From Bosea sp. (in: a-proteobacteria) (GTDB taxonomy: Bacteria; Pseudomonadota; Alphaproteobacteria; Rhizobiales; Beijerinckiaceae): a stretch of 64,000 bases of DNA. The position numbers were made by a program, and so were the translations under genes. The DNA lies in contig NZ_DASYHA010000021.1 of NCBI RefSeq assembly GCF_035999205.1, forward strand, positions 39,605-103,604, given 5' to 3'. A model generated the notes under the pieces. The model was not told the origin of the DNA, searched no databases, and saw only the letters and a list, made by a program, of their open reading frames with translations. Below, one piece after another: positions 1 through 8,482 of this stretch; position 1 is the first letter of the stretch; every line of letters starts with the position of its first letter.

Positions 1-261
1 GAGGACGGGCGCGGCGACGATACCGGCGCCGGTCAGATCGTGAAGGGCAGCTATGTGGTCGAACCGGCCTCGGTCCAGCTTGAGCCGGGGGATGTCTATA
101 TCGGCCTCGACCAGCCGCTGGCGGCGTTGCTGCCGGTGATGCTAGAGCCGGAAAGCCAGACGGGGCTCGCGGCCAACAAGGTGCTTCCGGTGAGCGAGGG
201 CGGCGTGCTCGACGTTCTGCGCATCACCGAGCGACCGGGGGCAGCGCTCGCAAAGCCGTGA
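1..261 (+). CDS. 3' end of an unidentified protein-coding gene (5' part outside the window)
   Basis: Frame 1 is open from nt 1 to the stop at 259-261. Codon usage is GC3-rich like the neighbours, and the gene is convergent with the CorA-like gene. No motif I can assign. Confidence 0.35.
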   Translation, partial: EDGRGDDTGAGQIVKGSYVVEPASVQLEPGDVYIGLDQPLAALLPVMLEPESQTGLAANKVLPVSEGGVLDVLRITERPGAALAKP

Positions 262-265
262 CGGT

Positions 266-1282
266 TCAGCCGCCGATCACGCCTCGGCGCCTGAGCAGCA
301 GGAGCGTCAACAGCGCGGCGCCGAGGCAGGCGAGCGCGACGAAGCCGGCGCCGAGATCGGCCTCGACCCAGGGCAGGCCCTTCACATTGATGCCGAAGAG
401 CCCGGTGATGAAGGTGGCGGGCAGAAAGAGCGCGGTCAGGAGGGAGAGCGCGTAAAGCTGGCGGTTGGTCTGGCTGGCGTTGCGGGCGGCCATCTCGTCC
501 TGCAGCAACCGGGCGCGATCCTGCACCGACTGGACGTCGGTATGCGGACCCTCGATCCCTTGCAGCAAACGGCTTGCACAAGCCCTCATCGCGTCGGGCG
601 CGCCGCGTCCGGAGTTGCCGTCGGCGAAGCGGCGGAGGAGCAGGTGCAGCCCGGCGAGCTGCCGGTGCAGGCGCACCGCCGTGCGCCTGATCGCGCCGAT
701 CCGGCTCGGTGCATCCTCGAAGCCGTCGGACAGGACGAGATCCTCGACGCTGTCGGTCTGGTCCATCAGGAGGACGACCGCATCGGTGACGTCGTCGATG
801 ATGAGCTCAAACAGGAGCTCGAAGAGGTCGGCGGTGCTGGCGACGCTTTCGCCCCGGTCCAGGGTCTCGGCCACGAGCCGGGTCGAGCGCATCGCCTCGC
901 GCCGGCCGGTGATGACGAAGCGGTCGGTCACGATCCAGTAGAGCGCGCCCACCTCGCCGGAGTTGCGGTCGACGTCCCGGATCAGGTCGTGGGCGACGCC
1001 CCAGACCAACCCGGCCGAGTGATCGAGCCGCTGATGGGTTTCGCCCGAAAGGAAGACCTCCTCCGCCGTGGGAGAGAGCAGGCGCGATTGCTCGCCGATC
1101 CAGCTCTTGGCGCGGTTGTGGACGAGGTCGAGATGGATCCAGACGAAGCCCTGTTCCGGCGGCAGGGTTGGGATTTCCTCGCGCGGGACGATTTCGGCAC
1201 GGCCGTCCGCGGCGAAGCGGTAGGCCCAGACGATGCCGGTCTTCGACTGCTCGTCGGCCCGGAAGGCGAAGGCTTGTGTCAT
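266..1282 (-). CDS. CorA/ZntB-family divalent metal ion transporter (GIN variant of the GMN motif)
   Basis: 338 aa. A soluble N-terminal domain is followed by two C-terminal TM helices separated by ...TGLFGINVKGLPW..., the CorA-superfamily loop with Ile in place of Met. Confidence 0.75.
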   Translation of the reverse strand: MTQAFAFRADEQSKTGIVWAYRFAADGRAEIVPREEIPTLPPEQGFVWIHLDLVHNRAKSWIGEQSRLLSPTAEEVFLSGETHQRLDHSAGLVWGVAHDLIRDVDRNSGEVGALYWIVTDRFVITGRREAMRSTRLVAETLDRGESVASTADLFELLFELIIDDVTDAVVLLMDQTDSVEDLVLSDGFEDAPSRIGAIRRTAVRLHRQLAGLHLLLRRFADGNSGRGAPDAMRACASRLLQGIEGPHTDVQSVQDRARLLQDEMAARNASQTNRQLYALSLLTALFLPATFITGLFGINVKGLPWVEADLGAGFVALACLGAALLTLLLLRRRGVIGG

Positions 1283-1368
1283 GAGCTGGTGGCCGGTCGG
1301 GAAAAGGACGGCCGCGAGCCCTGCGCGCGCTGCGCGAAGGTTTTATGACGAAGCGCCTGCGCTGCGCC

Positions 1369-2313
1369 TCAGTTCTTCGCCTGCACCGTGCGGGAGGGGA
1401 CGCGCCCCGGTGGCCGAGGCCCGTCGCTGCCGCCGTTCACGAGACGGGCAGGGGGCGTGGGCAGGGCGCGCGGGCCGGCAACCTGGACCTTCGGTTCGCC
1501 GCCGCGCCATTTGCGGGAGCCGATGTCGAAACGCCCCTCCCGCCAGGCGGCGAATTCGCGTTCGCTGCCGAAGAAGGCGTTGCGGTCGACGTCGCCGGTG
1601 ATCCCGGGCACGCGGCCGGTCGTCGTGAACTGCCAGAACTCCCACTTCTCGCGATTGTAGCGGTGGCGCAGCGGGGCGGCGGTCGAGCGCAGCCAGTAGG
1701 GATAGTCGTTGAACTCGCCCTCGAGGATGTCCTCGTGGAAGTTGATGTCGGTATAGATGATCGGCTTCTTGCCGGTGTGCTCGTGCAGCGCGGCCAGCAT
1801 GATCCGCATCTTCTCCAGCGCGTCCTCGCGCGAGACCTTGCGGGTGCATTGGGAATCGTTCTGCCATTCGACGTCGAGCACCGGAGGCAGCGCATCGGGA
1901 TCGCGCGGGATATGGCGCTTTATCCAGCGCACCTGATCCTTGGCCGGGCGGCACCACCAGACGAAGTGATAGGCGCCGCGCGCGACGCCGGCCCTCTTCG
2001 CACCGGCCCAGTTCTGCCTGAAATTGGGATCGAGATGATCGCCGCCTTCGGTCGCCTTGATGAAGGCGAAGCGCGTGCCGGCATCCTTGACCTTCGCCCA
2101 GTCGATCTCGCCCTGCCAGCGCGATACGTCGATGCCCTGGATCGCCTGGCGGCGCGCGTCGCGGACGCCGTGATGGGGGGCGGAGTCGCTCTTCTTCGGA
2201 TAGAGGGCGGCGGCAGGAGCGGCCAGACAGGTCAGCAGGCCGCAAAGTGCGATCGCACCGAGCGTGGCCCGCTCCAGAATCCTCGGTCGCACCGGCATCT
2301 CCTTGTCTCGCAT
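1369..2313 (-). CDS. Glycoside hydrolase family 25 lysozyme (muramidase), secreted
   Basis: N-terminal hydrophobic signal. GH25 signature IQGIDVSRWQGEIDWAKVKDAGTRFAFIKATEGGDHLD. Paralog of the next gene. Start (M1 or M6) uncertain. Confidence 0.8.
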   Translation of the reverse strand: MRDKEMPVRPRILERATLGAIALCGLLTCLAAPAAALYPKKSDSAPHHGVRDARRQAIQGIDVSRWQGEIDWAKVKDAGTRFAFIKATEGGDHLDPNFRQNWAGAKRAGVARGAYHFVWWCRPAKDQVRWIKRHIPRDPDALPPVLDVEWQNDSQCTRKVSREDALEKMRIMLAALHEHTGKKPIIYTDINFHEDILEGEFNDYPYWLRSTAAPLRHRYNREKWEFWQFTTTGRVPGITGDVDRNAFFGSEREFAAWREGRFDIGSRKWRGGEPKVQVAGPRALPTPPARLVNGGSDGPRPPGRVPSRTVQAKN

Positions 2314-2439
2314 CGCCTATCGAGATGCCGAGGGGATGGTTAAGGGCCGGTTAGAGTTTGCGAGAATGCGCCGGGCTTGTTTCAGCCTTGGTTAACCCCG
2401 GAGACGGTGCCGTAGCGTCGTTGTGCCCGAAGCTGAGGA

Positions 2440-3372
2440 TCAGTCCGCCGCCGCCATCTCCTGGTCGGCCGGCTGGAAGGCGGACGCCATGGGAGAGACG
2501 CTGCCCGGAATCCTGGCGATGGCCGGCGCGGCAGGCCGTTCGGGCCCCGGGTTCGGCGGCACGCCCTTTTCCTTGTCCCAGCGGCGCGTGCCGATATCGA
2601 AGCGGCCCTCCCGCCAGGCGACGAACTCGCCGTCATTGCCGAAGAAGGCGTTGCGATCGACATCGCCCTTGATGCCGGGAATGCGGCCGGTGGTCGTGAA
2701 CTGCCAGAAGGACCAGGGGCGGTTGGCGTAGCGCGTCTCGGGCAGCGCCGCGGTCGAGCGGATCCAGTAGGGGTAGTTGTTGAACTCACCCTCCAGCACG
2801 TCCTTGTGGAAGGTGATGTCGGTGTAGATCACCGGCTTCTTGCCGGTGAGCTGCTCCAGCTCCGTCAGCATCAACCGAATCTTTTCCAGCGCCAGTTCGC
2901 GGTCGATCTTCTTGGGGCAGCTCTTCGAGTGCCCGTTCCATTCGACGTCGAGCACCGGCGGCAGCGCATCGGGATCGTTGGGGATATGCTGCTTGAACCA
3001 GACCGCCTGCTCATGCGCCGGGCGGCACCAGTAGACGAAGTGGTAGGCGCCGCGCGGGATGCCGGCGCGGCGCGCGCCATCCCAGTTGCGCAGGAAGGCG
3101 GGATCGACATGGTCGCCGCCCTCGGTCGCCTTCATGTAGACGAAGCGGGTGCCGGCGCCCTTGACCGCGGTCCAGTCGATGTCGCCCTGCCAGCGCGAGA
3201 TGTCGATGCCGTGGATCGGGTAGCGATGGGCCTCTGCCACGCCAGGGTGGGGGCGCGCATCGCCCTTGGCCGGATAGTGCCCTTCCATGGCGACGCAGCC
3301 GCCAAGGGCGGCGATCGCGACGGCGAGCGCAAGAGGGGCCAAGGATGAGGTTTGCATGCGGCGGGCGGTCAT
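2440..3372 (-). CDS. Glycoside hydrolase family 25 lysozyme, probable lipoprotein (paralog)
   Basis: Lipobox-like ...AALGGC. Signature IHGIDISRWQGDIDWTAVKGAGTRFVYMKATEGGDHVD. Collinear similarity to 1369-2313 along the whole length. Confidence 0.8.
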   Translation of the reverse strand: MTARRMQTSSLAPLALAVAIAALGGCVAMEGHYPAKGDARPHPGVAEAHRYPIHGIDISRWQGDIDWTAVKGAGTRFVYMKATEGGDHVDPAFLRNWDGARRAGIPRGAYHFVYWCRPAHEQAVWFKQHIPNDPDALPPVLDVEWNGHSKSCPKKIDRELALEKIRLMLTELEQLTGKKPVIYTDITFHKDVLEGEFNNYPYWIRSTAALPETRYANRPWSFWQFTTTGRIPGIKGDVDRNAFFGNDGEFVAWREGRFDIGTRRWDKEKGVPPNPGPERPAAPAIARIPGSVSPMASAFQPADQEMAAAD

Positions 3373-3466
3373 TGCCGCAAGATTGAGGAGAAAGCTTGAC
3401 GACGGGTTTACGTTACCGGTTTTTCCGCAATCGTCAGCTCCGCTGGCGGGTCGGCCCTCCTGCCCG

Positions 3467-4873
3467 TCAAGCCAGATGCAGCAGCATCGTCGCGATGCCG
3501 AGGAAGGAGAAGAAGCCGATCACGTCGGTGATCGTGGTGACGAAGGTGCCCGACGAGATTGCCGGGTCGATGCCGGCCTTGTCGAGCGCCAGCGGCACGG
3601 CGACGCCGGCGAGTGCGGCGACGATCAGCGTCAGGACCATCGCCATGCTGATCACGATGCCGAGCATGACGCTGGAGAACCAGACGGCCGCCACGACGCC
3701 GGTGATCGCCGCGAAGGCGACGCCGTTCAGCAGGCCGACGATCATCTCGCGTCGGAAGAACCGGCCCATGTTCCAGCTTCCGAGGTCACCTGTGCCGAGC
3801 GCGCGCACCGCGACCGTCATCGTCTGGGTCGCGGCATTGCCGCCCTGGCTGGCGACGATCGGTGCGAGCACGGCCAGCGCCACGAGCTTGGAGAGCTGCG
3901 CCTCGAACATCGCCATAACCGATGCGCTGACGAAGGCGGCGATCAGGCTGATGAAGCGCCAGCGGAAGCGCCCGAGCGCCACCTCGCGCACCGAATCCGA
4001 CAGTTCTTCGTCGGCATGCACGCCGCCGAGCTGCTTGACGTCGTCGTCGGCCGCTTCCTCGATCACGTCGACGATGTCGTCGATGGTGATCACACCGACG
4101 AGCCGGCCGGCGTCGTCGATGACGGGCGCGGCGATGAGGTTGTAGCGCTGGAACAGTCGGGCCACGTCCTCGATGTCGTCCGTCGCCTTCACGGCGCGGC
4201 TGTCCTCGTCGACGAGCTCAGAGACGGAGACGGGGCGCTTGGTGCGCAGCAATCGGTCGAGCCGGACAGTGCCGACGAAGTGGTGCGCCGGGTCCGCGAC
4301 GAAGATCTCGAAGAAGCGCTCCGGCATGTCGGCCGCCTCGCGCAGATAATCGATGGTCTGGCCGACGGTCCAGAAGGCCGGCACGGCGACGACCTCGCTC
4401 TGCATGCGCCGTCCGGCGCTGTCCTCGGGATAATCGAGGCCCTGCTGCAGGATGATGCGCTCGGCCGGAGGGAGCTTGTCGAGAACCTCCTGCTTGTCGG
4501 CCTCATCGAGGTCTTCGAGGATGTAGACCGCGTCGTCGGTGTCGAGGTCGCGCACGCCCTCGGCCACCGTCTCGGCCGAGAGTTCCTCCAGGATCTCCTC
4601 GCGGATCGTGTCGTCGACCTCGGTCAAGGCGGTGAAGTCGAAGTCGCTGCCCAGCAGCGAGATCAGCCGGGGCCGCTCCTCGGGGTCGAGCGCTTCCAGC
4701 AGGGCGCCGAGGTCGGCCTCGTGCATGTCGGCGACGATTGCGCGCAGCGTCGTCAGGTCCGAGAGCAGCAGCGCCTGTGAGACCTGCTCGACGAGCCCCG
4801 CGTCGATCGCTCCGTCCTCGTCGCGAATCGGGCGCTCAAGCGTGTCTTCGGGAGCCTTGTGCGTGTCCGTCAT
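3467..4873 (-). CDS. mgtE: Magnesium transporter MgtE
   Basis: MgtE N-domain, CBS pair and a C-terminal 5-TM domain (…APIVASQGGNAATQTMTV…, …GTFVTTITDVIGFFSFLG…). Start moved to the internal ATG (MTDTHKAPED) at 4873; the track ORF extends to 5059 into the tRNA terminator. Confidence 0.9.
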   Translation of the reverse strand: MTDTHKAPEDTLERPIRDEDGAIDAGLVEQVSQALLLSDLTTLRAIVADMHEADLGALLEALDPEERPRLISLLGSDFDFTALTEVDDTIREEILEELSAETVAEGVRDLDTDDAVYILEDLDEADKQEVLDKLPPAERIILQQGLDYPEDSAGRRMQSEVVAVPAFWTVGQTIDYLREAADMPERFFEIFVADPAHHFVGTVRLDRLLRTKRPVSVSELVDEDSRAVKATDDIEDVARLFQRYNLIAAPVIDDAGRLVGVITIDDIVDVIEEAADDDVKQLGGVHADEELSDSVREVALGRFRWRFISLIAAFVSASVMAMFEAQLSKLVALAVLAPIVASQGGNAATQTMTVAVRALGTGDLGSWNMGRFFRREMIVGLLNGVAFAAITGVVAAVWFSSVMLGIVISMAMVLTLIVAALAGVAVPLALDKAGIDPAISSGTFVTTITDVIGFFSFLGIATMLLHLA

Positions 4874-5004
4874 CGGCCCGCTCCGCGATTCGCGATTCGA
4901 AAGGGGTGGTTTCGGCGATCTGCCCGCCGCCCTTGTGTCAGCGGGTTCGCGTTGTTGCAATGCAACGAAGCGCTTTCGTGGAGGAAAGCTGCGCAGGACA
5001 GGTT

Positions 5005-5044
5005 CCAGAAACACGAACGGCGATCCTTGCGGATCGCCGTTCGT
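5005..5044 (-). terminator. Rho-independent terminator candidate downstream of tRNA-Leu
   Basis: Perfect 14-bp stem acgaacggcgatcc/ggatcgccgttcgt with a 4-nt loop (5013-5044), followed on the minus strand by GUUUCUGG. Confidence 0.6.
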
Positions 5045-5063
5045 CGGGCCGAGGCCCACAATC

Positions 5064-5148
5064 TGGTGCGGTCAAGAGGACTCGAACCTCCACGGGTCTC
5101 CCCGCTACCACCTCAAGGTAGTGCGTCTACCAATTCCGCCATGACCGC
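5064..5148 (-). tRNA. tRNA-Leu (anticodon GAG), class II with long variable arm, encoded CCA
   Basis: Reverse complement reads GCGGTCATGGCGGAATTGGTAGACGCACTACCTTGAGGTGGTAGCGGGGAGACCCGTGGAGGTTCGAGTCCTCTTGACCGCACCA. Anticodon stem is CTACC/GGTAG with loop TTGAGGT. T-arm is GGTTCGAGTCC. Confidence 0.9.
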
Positions 5149-5248
5149 GGCGTCTCGAAGATCCCTGCGCGGTGGCGGAGAACTCCGGAGCGGCGCGGGT
5201 CTAGCAAATCGAATCCGTCGCCACAAGTGCCCTGAGAAGGAAAAGCGA

Positions 5249-5518
5249 TCAGGCGGCCGCGGCGACGCTCTGAAGGGTGTAGACCGTCGGCCGTTTCAGC
5301 ATCTGCGTGATCTCGACGGCGATCCTCGAGCCGTTGACGACGACGATTCCCTTGGCGAAGGGGTGATTGTTGGCGAGAATCTGGACCTCGTCGGTCTCGC
5401 TGGCGTTGAGCTCGATGATCGCGCCGCGCCCCATGCGCAGCAGCTTGTAGATCGGCATCCGGGCGGAGCCGAGCACCACCGTCAGTTCGACGCCTACGAG
5501 ATCGAGATCGGCCTTCAA
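5249..5518 (-). CDS. FliN/SpoA-domain protein (flagellar motor switch FliN-like), orphan
   Basis: C-terminal ...VELTVVLGSARMPIYKLLRMGRGAIIELNASETDEVQILANNHPFAKGIVVVNGSRIAVEITQM matches the FliN/YscQ SpoA fold. Proposed TTG start at 5518 is preceded by GGAGG with 6-nt spacing. The track ORF runs to 5587, so the start is uncertain. Confidence 0.6.
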   Translation of the reverse strand: MKADLDLVGVELTVVLGSARMPIYKLLRMGRGAIIELNASETDEVQILANNHPFAKGIVVVNGSRIAVEITQMLKRPTVYTLQSVAAAA

Positions 5519-5640
5519 GTCCTGCCTCCGAAACCCTACTTCAGAATTCCACCAACGAAACTTGCCTGATTCCCCGCCAGGGGGCATGAGGCTGGCCGCC
5601 GCTTCGATCCCGAAGTTGGTCGCAACAGGGTTAATGCGCA

Positions 5641-6342
5641 GTGAAGACGCGCGAGGCGCTTGTCGAAAATTTCCTGCCCGAGGCCGGCTCCGCGCCTGTC
5701 GAATGGGTCGTGGCCGAGGGGCTCGTCGGGTACGACGCAGCCGTCGCCGAGATGGAGATGCGCGCCGGCCTGATCGCCGACGGGCTCGCCCGCGAGCGGG
5801 TCTGGCTGGTCGAGCACCCGCCGCTCTATACCGCCGGCACCTCGGCGAAGGACGAGGACCTGATCGCGCCGGAGCGCTTCCCGGTGCATCGCAGCGGGCG
5901 CGGCGGGCAGTTCACCTATCACGGCCCGGGCCAGCGCGTGGGCTATGTCATGCTCGACCTGAAGCGACGCGAGCCGGATCTCCGGCGCTTCGTCGCGGCG
6001 CTCGAATCCTGGCTGATCGCCACGCTCGACGGCTTCAACATCCGCGGCGAGCGCCGCGAGGACCGTGTCGGCGTCTGGGTTCGCCGGCCGGAGAAGGGCG
6101 AGGGCGCCGAGGACAAGATCGCGGCCATCGGCATCCGCGTGCGGCGCTGGGTCTCGTTCCACGGCATCTCGCTCAATGTCGAGCCGGAGCTTTCGCATTT
6201 CGACGGCATCGTGCCCTGCGGTGTCAGCGACCACGGCGTCACCTCGCTGGTCGATCTCGGCCTGCCGCTGACGATGGCGGATGTCGATGTCGTGCTGCGC
6301 ACCGAGTTCGAGCACATTTTCGGCGAGACCGTCGCCGCCTGA
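5641..6342 (+). CDS. lipB: Octanoyltransferase (lipoyl(octanoyl) transferase) LipB
   Basis: 233 aa with a GTG start. Contains ...[19 protein letters not shown]..., ...[12 protein letters not shown]... and ...[17 protein letters not shown]..., typical LipB blocks. Confidence 0.9.
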   Translation: MKTREALVENFLPEAGSAPVEWVVAEGLVGYDAAVAEMEMRAGLIADGLARERVWLVEHPPLYTAGTSAKDEDLIAPERFPVHRSGRGGQFTYHGPGQRVGYVMLDLKRREPDLRRFVAALESWLIATLDGFNIRGERREDRVGVWVRRPEKGEGAEDKIAAIGIRVRRWVSFHGISLNVEPELSHFDGIVPCGVSDHGVTSLVDLGLPLTMADVDVVLRTEFEHIFGETVAA

Positions 6343-6430
6343 GGGGCGGTGCGGGTTCCGCCGATTTACCTCTCGTTGACCAAGCTCGCCCATCCTCCCG
6401 CCCCAGGACAGACGGAGAGGAAGGGACGAG

Positions 6431-6631
6431 ATGATCAGAATCATGCTCGCAGCCGGCATCGCTGCGTGTCTTGCGGCCTGCACGAACACCGAGACGCGCA
6501 TTGCCGGGGCGGCGGCGGGAGCCGGCGCCGGTGCGATCGTGCTCGGGCCAATCGGTGCGGTCGCCGGCGGCGCGATCGGGGCGGTGGCCGGGCCGTCCGT
6601 GACGGGCTCGATCAGCAAGGTGCAGGAATAG
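6431..6631 (+). CDS. Small glycine-zipper lipoprotein (hypothetical)
   Basis: 66 aa. Lipobox LAAC at residues 14-17, then a GxxxG-rich stretch AGAAAGAGAGAIVLGPIGAVAGGAIGAVAG. Purine-rich RBS region (ggaagggacgag) lies upstream. Confidence 0.55.
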   Translation: MIRIMLAAGIAACLAACTNTETRIAGAAAGAGAGAIVLGPIGAVAGGAIGAVAGPSVTGSISKVQE

Positions 6632-6758
6632 TTCGGCGACATCGAGCAAGCCGGGGCATGGCGGATTTGCGCTTCCGCCTCTGAGCATCCCCGCCGGTTG
6701 GCGTTTGCGACGCGGCGCGCCATAACCCGGTGAAGAAAACACCCTCTGGGAGCGCGCC

Positions 6759-8366
6759 GTGCCGATCATCGAGAGCAAGGTTGATCTGAATTCGGCCGAG
6801 ACGCGCGCTAACGCCGCTGCCTGGGCCGAACTGCGTTCGGAGTTGCAGGGGCGCCGCGCGGCCGCTGCGCTCGGAGGCAATGCCAAATCGCGCGAGCGCC
6901 ATACGGGGCGCGGCAAGCTGCTTCCTCGTGAGCGGATGCTGCGTCTGCTCGATCCGGGTTCGGCCTTCCTCGAGATCGGCTCGCTCGCCGCCTTCGGCAT
7001 GTATGAGGGCGATGTCCACGGCGCCGGTATGATAGCCGGTATCGGCCGCGTCGCCGGGCGCGAGGTGATGGTGGTTTGCAACGACGCCACCATCAAGGGC
7101 GGCACCTACTACCCGATGACGGTGAAGAAGCATCTGCGCGCGCAGGAGATCGCGCGCGAGAACCGGCTGCCCTGCATCTACCTCGTCGATTCCGGCGGGG
7201 CGAACCTGCCGCACCAGACCGAAGTCTTCCCCGACCGCGAGCATTTCGGCCGGATCTTCTACAACCAGGCAACGCTCTCGGCCGAGGGCATCCCCCAGAT
7301 TGCGGTCGTGATGGGCTCCTGCACCGCAGGCGGCGCCTATGTGCCGGCGATGTCCGACGAGACGGTCATCGTCCGGCAGCAGGGCACGATCTTCCTCGGC
7401 GGCCCGCCCCTGGTGAAGGCGGCGACCGGTGAGGTCGTCTCGGCGGAGGATCTCGGCGGCGCCGACGTCCATGCGAGGCTTTCCGGCGTCGCCGACCATT
7501 ATGCCGGCGACGACTCCCATGCGCTCGCGATCGCTCGCCGCATTGCCGCCAATCTCAACAGCGTCAAGCGGCCGGATATCGATGTGGCCGAGGCCGTCGA
7601 GCCGCTCTACGACCCTGCCGAACTCGAGGCGGTCGTTCCGACCGACCTGAAGAAGCAATACGATATCCGCGAGGTCATCGCCCGCCTCGTCGACGGCTCC
7701 GAGTTCGACGAGTTCAAGAAGCTCTACGGCACGACGCTGATCACGGGCTTCGCGCGGATCCATGGCATGCCCGTCGGCATTATCGCGAACAACGGTATCC
7801 TGTTTTCGGAGAGTGCGCTGAAGGGCGCGCATTTCATCGAGCTGTGCTGCCAGCGGCGGATTCCGCTGCTTTTCCTGCAGAACATCACCGGCTTCATGGT
7901 CGGCCGCGATTTCGAGACGCGCGGCATCGCCAAGGACGGCGCGAAGCTGGTCACGGCGGTGGCCTCGGCGCGCGTGCCGAAGATCACGGTGCTGGTCGGC
8001 GGCTCGTTCGGCGCCGGCAATTACGGCATGTGCGGCCGGGCCTACAGCCCACGCTTCCTGTTCACCTGGCCGAATTCGCGCATCTCGGTGATGGGCGGCG
8101 AGCAGGCGGCGAGCGTGCTTGCGACCGTCCGCCGCGACAACATCGAGGCCGAGGGCAAGAGCTGGTCCGGTGCGGAGGAGGAGGCCTTCAAGGCGCCGAT
8201 CCGCGACCGCTACGAGCAGGAGGGCTCGCCCTACTATGCCACCGCCCGGCTCTGGGACGATGGCATCATCCTGCCTTCCGAGACGCGCCGCGTGCTGGCG
8301 CTGGCCTTTTCCGCCTGCCTCAACGCCGAAGTGCCGGAGACGAAGTTCGGCGTGTTCCGGATGTGA
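6759..8366 (+). CDS. mccB: Methylcrotonoyl-CoA carboxylase-type carboxyltransferase (beta) subunit
   Basis: 535 aa carboxyl-transferase domain protein (…[26 protein letters not shown]…, …[34 protein letters not shown]…). The partner biotin carboxylase/BCCP subunit is at 14548-16533. Substrate assignment rests on family resemblance only. Confidence 0.85.
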   Translation: MPIIESKVDLNSAETRANAAAWAELRSELQGRRAAAALGGNAKSRERHTGRGKLLPRERMLRLLDPGSAFLEIGSLAAFGMYEGDVHGAGMIAGIGRVAGREVMVVCNDATIKGGTYYPMTVKKHLRAQEIARENRLPCIYLVDSGGANLPHQTEVFPDREHFGRIFYNQATLSAEGIPQIAVVMGSCTAGGAYVPAMSDETVIVRQQGTIFLGGPPLVKAATGEVVSAEDLGGADVHARLSGVADHYAGDDSHALAIARRIAANLNSVKRPDIDVAEAVEPLYDPAELEAVVPTDLKKQYDIREVIARLVDGSEFDEFKKLYGTTLITGFARIHGMPVGIIANNGILFSESALKGAHFIELCCQRRIPLLFLQNITGFMVGRDFETRGIAKDGAKLVTAVASARVPKITVLVGGSFGAGNYGMCGRAYSPRFLFTWPNSRISVMGGEQAASVLATVRRDNIEAEGKSWSGAEEEAFKAPIRDRYEQEGSPYYATARLWDDGIILPSETRRVLALAFSACLNAEVPETKFGVFRM

Positions 8367-8387
8367 CGTGCCGGTGCGATGGGCCGC

Positions 8388-8410
8388 CCCTCCCGGTCCG
8401 GCCGGGAGGG
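8388..8410 (+). terminator. Weak terminator-like hairpin after mccB
   Basis: ccctcccgg-tccg-gccgggaggg stem-loop 22 nt after the stop, with only a poor T-tract after it. Confidence 0.3.
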
Positions 8411-8482
8411 AGTCCTTGTCCATGCATGGTAGGGAGCCTTCGCTCCCCACCTCCGTTTACGCTGTGGCGGCCGGGCCGCGTG

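Noticed and set aside
1369-3372. Two lysozyme genes as a prophage lysis module
   Set aside because: There are no holin, spanin, terminase, capsid, tail or integrase genes nearby. Both proteins carry export signals typical of housekeeping or exported muramidases.
4874-5063. Possible Mg2+-sensing (M-box-like) riboswitch or leader upstream of mgtE; palindrome GTTGCAATGCAAC at 4954-4966
   Set aside because: I could not recognise M-box conserved elements. The strongest hairpin (5013-5044) is better explained as the tRNA-Leu terminator. The 13-nt palindrome may be an operator, but there is nothing to tie it to a regulator.
5064-5148. tRNA-Leu as an integration site for a genomic island
   Set aside because: There is no integrase gene and no direct repeat of the tRNA 3' end anywhere in the window. 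The flanking genes (mgtE, fliN-like, lipB) have native-like composition.
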